Below are positions 62,001 to 64,000 of a stretch of 64,000 bases of DNA, in pieces (the first letter of the stretch is position 1; the number at the start of each line of letters is the position of its first letter). Made by a program: the position numbers and the translations under genes. The DNA lies in assembly GCA_035221665.1 (NCBI GenBank), contig CM069140.1:42904001-42968000 (forward strand). Direction: 5' to 3'. The DNA comes from Okamejei kenojei (lineage: Eukaryota). The notes beneath the pieces are model-generated. The model made no database searches. It was given only the letters and a program-made list of their open reading frames with translations, and was not told where the DNA came from.

Positions 62001-64000
62001 CCTGAACCATCAAGCCCCACGCTGCCGCAGCTCCCCCTCATTATTCACACCACATGTACCATATCCCCACCACTAAAAATGCCACCACACACCCTTGTCC
62101 AGCGCCTACCTCAACCCACGCCCCACGCCTTGCCCCACTGACTCCCTCCACACCAGCAATCAATAACATCCAACACCGCCTCTCCAGGCTACGGGCCCCA
62201 CCCACAACCAAAACCCCAAAACCAGAAACCATCGCCACCACACCACTTTCCCCCCTGCCCTGCCTCCAGACTACGCACCCCAATTAGGCCGTTGAACCCC
62301 ACTCATAGTCCCGCATTAAAAGATACTACAATTTCCCACCAGACCGACCACCCCCTGAAGGCCCGAATCATTCCACACCCCCACCTTGTACCCAGCCAGA
62401 GAATTGCCGGCCGGTCCGGGGCCTCCAGTACCCGACTTCCATGCCCCCTAATATCGCGCATACTGGAACCTAACTGGATCCAAAACCTACGCCTGTTACC
62501 CGACAAGTTCCTGATAATGGTCCAACCAAGGCGCCAATACCACACCTTTAACTAAATTACATGCTCTCTGGCAATATCCTTAGCCCCTTTGCTCAATTGA
62601 CCCACATCCATTGTAAGTCCTGGTATAGCCTTCACACTGTCAACTATACCACTAACTTTAGTGGCCATCGTGCAGACATATGAAAGATGGAGAATCTAAA
62701 GTTCAAACCATCGAGTAGTAAACCCCCAACATTATACTAAGATTATCTCAGCCCTACCTTAACACCAGATGCAAACGTTACTCCGCAGTGGCCAAGACAC
62801 ACCCGAGATAATAAACCCTATGTGATACGCCATCCATGTATCCACACCACAAACTCCCCACCATCAAGAAACTCATCATACCATTACCCCCCAACACTCC
62901 CAAACCCAGCCCATCATCCCAACACACATAACACCACCAACGAAATGCTAATCCTAACATCTCAACCAACCTCCTGTATTAAACCATCTCATTAGCCTCC
63001 CCCTTGAGACTATAGACATACCGCCCTCCTCGTTGTCTTGGGGTTGAACCCCCCCAGGCCCAGAACCAAACGAACAAAGAACCACCACCTTTCAACCAAT
63101 GTGAATAAACTCCCCAATTTTCTAAAACCAACAAGCCCCCATCGCACACATCCAGGAACTTGGGGGTCAGGGGGGGGGCATCCCTCACATCCATACCCCG
63201 AAACCAGCCCATCATCCCCTGCCCCCTCACTCCAATATGCTCTCACAGTCCTCACCCTACGTCAACGGCACAAATAAAAGCCCTACTCTAACACACCCCC
63301 TTCCAAAAAAAAAACCACCACTGCCACCCCCCCAGGCCCCACGCCCCGCCCTATTCATCCCCACAAACTCACTCACCAATCCCAACGACCCACACCCTCC
63401 TGCCCATAAACAATATCACGGAATTAAAATCCGTTCCCACCAACGCCAGCACACATCATATACCCCCAAAATCGTCCCTTCAGATTACCGACTTACCCTT
63501 ACCCCCAAACCAAACAAACCCTCATCATCCCACGCCCAATACTCCTACCTGCCTGACCGCCTTTCCCCTCTTCCCTGGCCCATCAACCACCCCTCAGATT
63601 TACCATCATGACCACACTGGCCATCACGGAGACCCAACGCCATCCCGCAGCCCCCACCAACACAAGGACCCGTCCCTCGATTCATGCCCGCCCCACCCCC
63701 CACCCAAAACCACCCCCACCCCTCCCAAAAACCTCACCCACACTCCCCCAGTTACCACATTTACACCCCACTCCAAATCAATTATTCCTCCCACACGCAC
63801 GACAAGAAGGCCACAGTGATGCATCTCTAATTTTTGGGTACCCTGGCCCTCCCAACAACACAGCCCCTCATGCCTCCAAACTCATACTAACCCTCCCCAA
63901 TCTGATTCAATACCCCCATTACATCCACGTTACAGCCTCTTACATAAACCACCAACCGCAAAACACTAAAACCTAAAAAACACAACCCCCGCATCAGCCT
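59100..64000. other. C/A-rich, G-poor featureless sequence, probably low-quality assembly
   Basis: Strong C-over-G skew, irregular C runs, no periodicity, and none of the repeat families that fill the rest of the window. Confidence 0.6.

Noticed and set aside
59310-63976. Many short Pro/His/Thr-rich or Gly/Trp/Val-rich ORFs
   Set aside because: Products of compositional bias in probably unreliable sequence; no motifs.

Overview
Eukaryotic, repeat-rich vertebrate DNA. HE1-like V-SINEs, CR1/HER1-like LINEs and Penelope-derived repeats point to a cartilaginous fish, probably a skate or ray (inferred). The window lies inside a + strand multi-PDZ polarity gene, PATJ/INADL. It has four internal coding exons (3436-3613, 8840-8950, 11408-11476, 16645-16795) and, within the following intron, an alternative first exon (ATG 30654, MVQGGFP|) resembling the start of the short CIPP isoform. 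The introns hold two Tc1 IR-DR transposons, a structurally complete DIRS1 tyrosine-recombinase retrotransposon, and a gag-protease-only Gypsy element with an internal 135-bp hairpin nested in a Tigger. They also hold a Penelope element with inverted pseudo-LTRs carrying minimal hammerhead motifs, Harbinger and hAT MITEs, a 33-bp TIR-only micro-transposon, a probable Helitron with minisatellites, and L1, Rex1 and CR1 fragments. From about 58.8 kb the sequence becomes C-rich and featureless and is probably low-quality assembly. All family assignments come from motif recognition by eye; no database search was run.
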